In this document: one piece after another, positions 62,574-64,000 of the stretch | How the letters are laid out: each line of letters opens with the position of its first letter | How positions within the stretch are numbered: the stretch's first letter is position 1 | Assembly: GCA_965220745.1 (NCBI GenBank) | Contig: CBDCQT010000007.1 | Location: 224,001-288,000, forward strand | DNA: 64,000 bases | Source: Alphaproteobacteria bacterium | GTDB lineage: Bacteria > Pseudomonadota > Alphaproteobacteria > UBA828 | Reading direction: 5' to 3' | Program-made: the position numbers and the translations under genes | The notes under the pieces: model-generated | Told to the model about the DNA's origin: nothing | Database searches by the model: none | The model's input: only the letters and a program-made list of their open reading frames with translations

Positions 62574-64000
62574 TCAGAGCGCGAGCGCGGCGCGGTGGCC
62601 GTCGTGGATGGCCGAGGCGGCGTCGCGCGGCAGCAGGCAGTCGCCGATGAGCGTGACCGGGACCCCGGCCTCCGCCAGATCGTCCGCAAGCTCGTCCCGC
62701 ACCGCGCGCGGCGTGGCATACGTGAGCAGCGCGACATCCTCGATAACCGTCTCGGCGCTGCTGATCACATGGCGGCAGGTGACCCGGTCTCCCATGCGCG
62801 CCACCGGCTCGGTGAGCCGGCGCACGTCGATGCCGAGCAGCGCCAGCCTGCGCTCGACCCCCATGCGCGACATCAGGTTCACGAAGCGCGCGTTCTCCGC
62901 CGCCGGGGTCAGCAGGACGACGCGCGAGAAGCGCTGCGCCAGAAGCTCCACCGCGCCGTAGACGGCGGGCGTTTGGTCCATGTCGAGCAGCACGGCGGTG
63001 CCTGGCGACGGCGGGTCGTCGCTCTCGGCGAGGTCCGCAACGGCCTGGCGCAGATCGACCGCGTCCGCGGCTTCGGCGAGCGCCGGCGGCCAGCGCATCT
63101 GGGAGCCGGTGGCGAGGATCACCGCGTCCGGCTCGCACGCCGTCACGGCCTGAGCGCTGGCGGTCTCGCCCCAGCGGAACGCGGCACCCGCCTCCGCCGC
63201 CTTGCGGTGCTGGAAATCGGCGGTCGTCGCCACCTCTGCCCGGCCCGGTAGGAGCGCCTCAATGCGTGCCGCGCCGCCCGGCCCGGCGCCCGCCGAGAAC
63301 ACGGTGACCGCATGGCCGCGTGCCGCCGCAACCCACGCTGCCTCCAGCCCAGCAAGCCCGGCACCGACCACCGCCACGCGCTTGCGCTTGTCGGCCGGCG
63401 GCGGCTGCCACCCGGACTCCTCTGCGCTCGCCAGCACCGGATTCTGGAAGCAGCGGATGGGTTTGCCCGCGTGAATCTCGCCCCAGCAATAGTTGCAGAA
63501 GGTGCAGGCGCGGATGTCGCCGGCGCGGCCGGCCTCCGTCTTGCGCGGCCAATCGGCGTCCGATATCAACAGCCGGCTGAAGCCGACCATGTCGCAGGCG
63601 CCCTCGGCAAGTGCCGTCTCTGCCGCTTCGGCGGATTCGATCCGGCCGAGGCCGATCACCGGGAGCCCGCCGCCGGCCGCGCGGAGCCGCGTGTGGAGCG
63701 GCAGGAACGGCCGGGGCGGGTAATGCATGTCGGGCAGATGGGTATCGAACGCGGGACCGAAGGCGCCCTGGCTGAAGGAGAGGTAGTCGAGCACGCCCTC
63801 GGCGGCAGCGACGCGAGCGATGCGCTCGGCTTCGTCGGGCTCGATCCCGCCCGGCACCCGCTCGTCCGCCGGCAGCTTGATCCCGACGATGAAGTCGTCG
63901 CCGCAAGCGGCGCGGACCGCCGCCATCACCTCGCGCATGAAGCGGGTGCGGCCCTCGAAGCTGCCGCCGTAGCCGTCCGTCCGGTCGTTGCAGGCGGGCG
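62574..64000 (-). CDS. Old-yellow-enzyme-type NADH:flavin oxidoreductase with Fe-S and FAD domains, 5' end outside the window
   Basis: Frame stays open to the window edge and reads NDRTDGYGGSFEGRTRF. CTFCNYC-x11-C cluster motif, VVGAGLAGLEAA, IGDC. Confidence 0.9.
   Translation of the reverse strand, partial: PACNDRTDGYGGSFEGRTRFMREVMAAVRAACGDDFIVGIKLPADERVPGGIEPDEAERIARVAAAEGVLDYLSFSQGAFGPAFDTHLPDMHYPPRPFLPLHTRLRAAGGGLPVIGLGRIESAEAAETALAEGACDMVGFSRLLISDADWPRKTEAGRAGDIRACTFCNYCWGEIHAGKPIRCFQNPVLASAEESGWQPPPADKRKRVAVVGAGLAGLEAAWVAAARGHAVTVFSAGAGPGGAARIEALLPGRAEVATTADFQHRKAAEAGAAFRWGETASAQAVTACEPDAVILATGSQMRWPPALAEAADAVDLRQAVADLAESDDPPSPGTAVLLDMDQTPAVYGAVELLAQRFSRVVLLTPAAENARFVNLMSRMGVERRLALLGIDVRRLTEPVARMGDRVTCRHVISSAETVIEDVALLTYATPRAVRDELADDLAEAGVPVTLIGDCLLPRDAASAIHDGHRAALAL

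Overview
A high-GC, gene-dense chromosomal segment whose gene content and synteny point to an alphaproteobacterium, probably Rhodospirillales-like. Housekeeping blocks are cytochrome c/kdsB, tkt-gap-pgk-fbaB-dapF-mtaB-ftsY, yejABEF, dapD/dapE, an AsmA-family gene, degP with an OmpR-type two-component pair, a ZauP-like gene with zapA-6S RNA-ygfA-ymdB, the aa3-type cytochrome c oxidase operon, tldD and xseA. Two accessory metabolic regions are present. The first (about 30.6-46 kb) holds a divergent urease-like operon (fused ureAB, ureC, ureD; no ureE/F/G), an ABC importer lacking its binding protein, a cysteine hydrolase, a PuuE/PgdA-like hydrolase, a GMC oxidoreductase, a benzoate-CoA ligase and a luciferase-like monooxygenase. 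The second (59.5-64 kb) holds an OYE-type flavoprotein, a molybdopterin oxidoreductase and a CmcJ/NvfI-type dioxygenase. The strongest candidates for new biology are: (1) a urease homologue that keeps all six nickel ligands but has a remodelled substrate pocket; (2) a structured dispersed repeat present twice with compensatory base changes, whose termini supply stop codons of flanking genes; (3) a degenerate class II aldolase-like protein between pgk and fbaB; (4) an orphan antitoxin-like gene followed by a vestigial PIN-toxin start. I saw no rRNA, tRNA, CRISPR array or transposase. All family calls come from motif recognition by eye, not from database searches.
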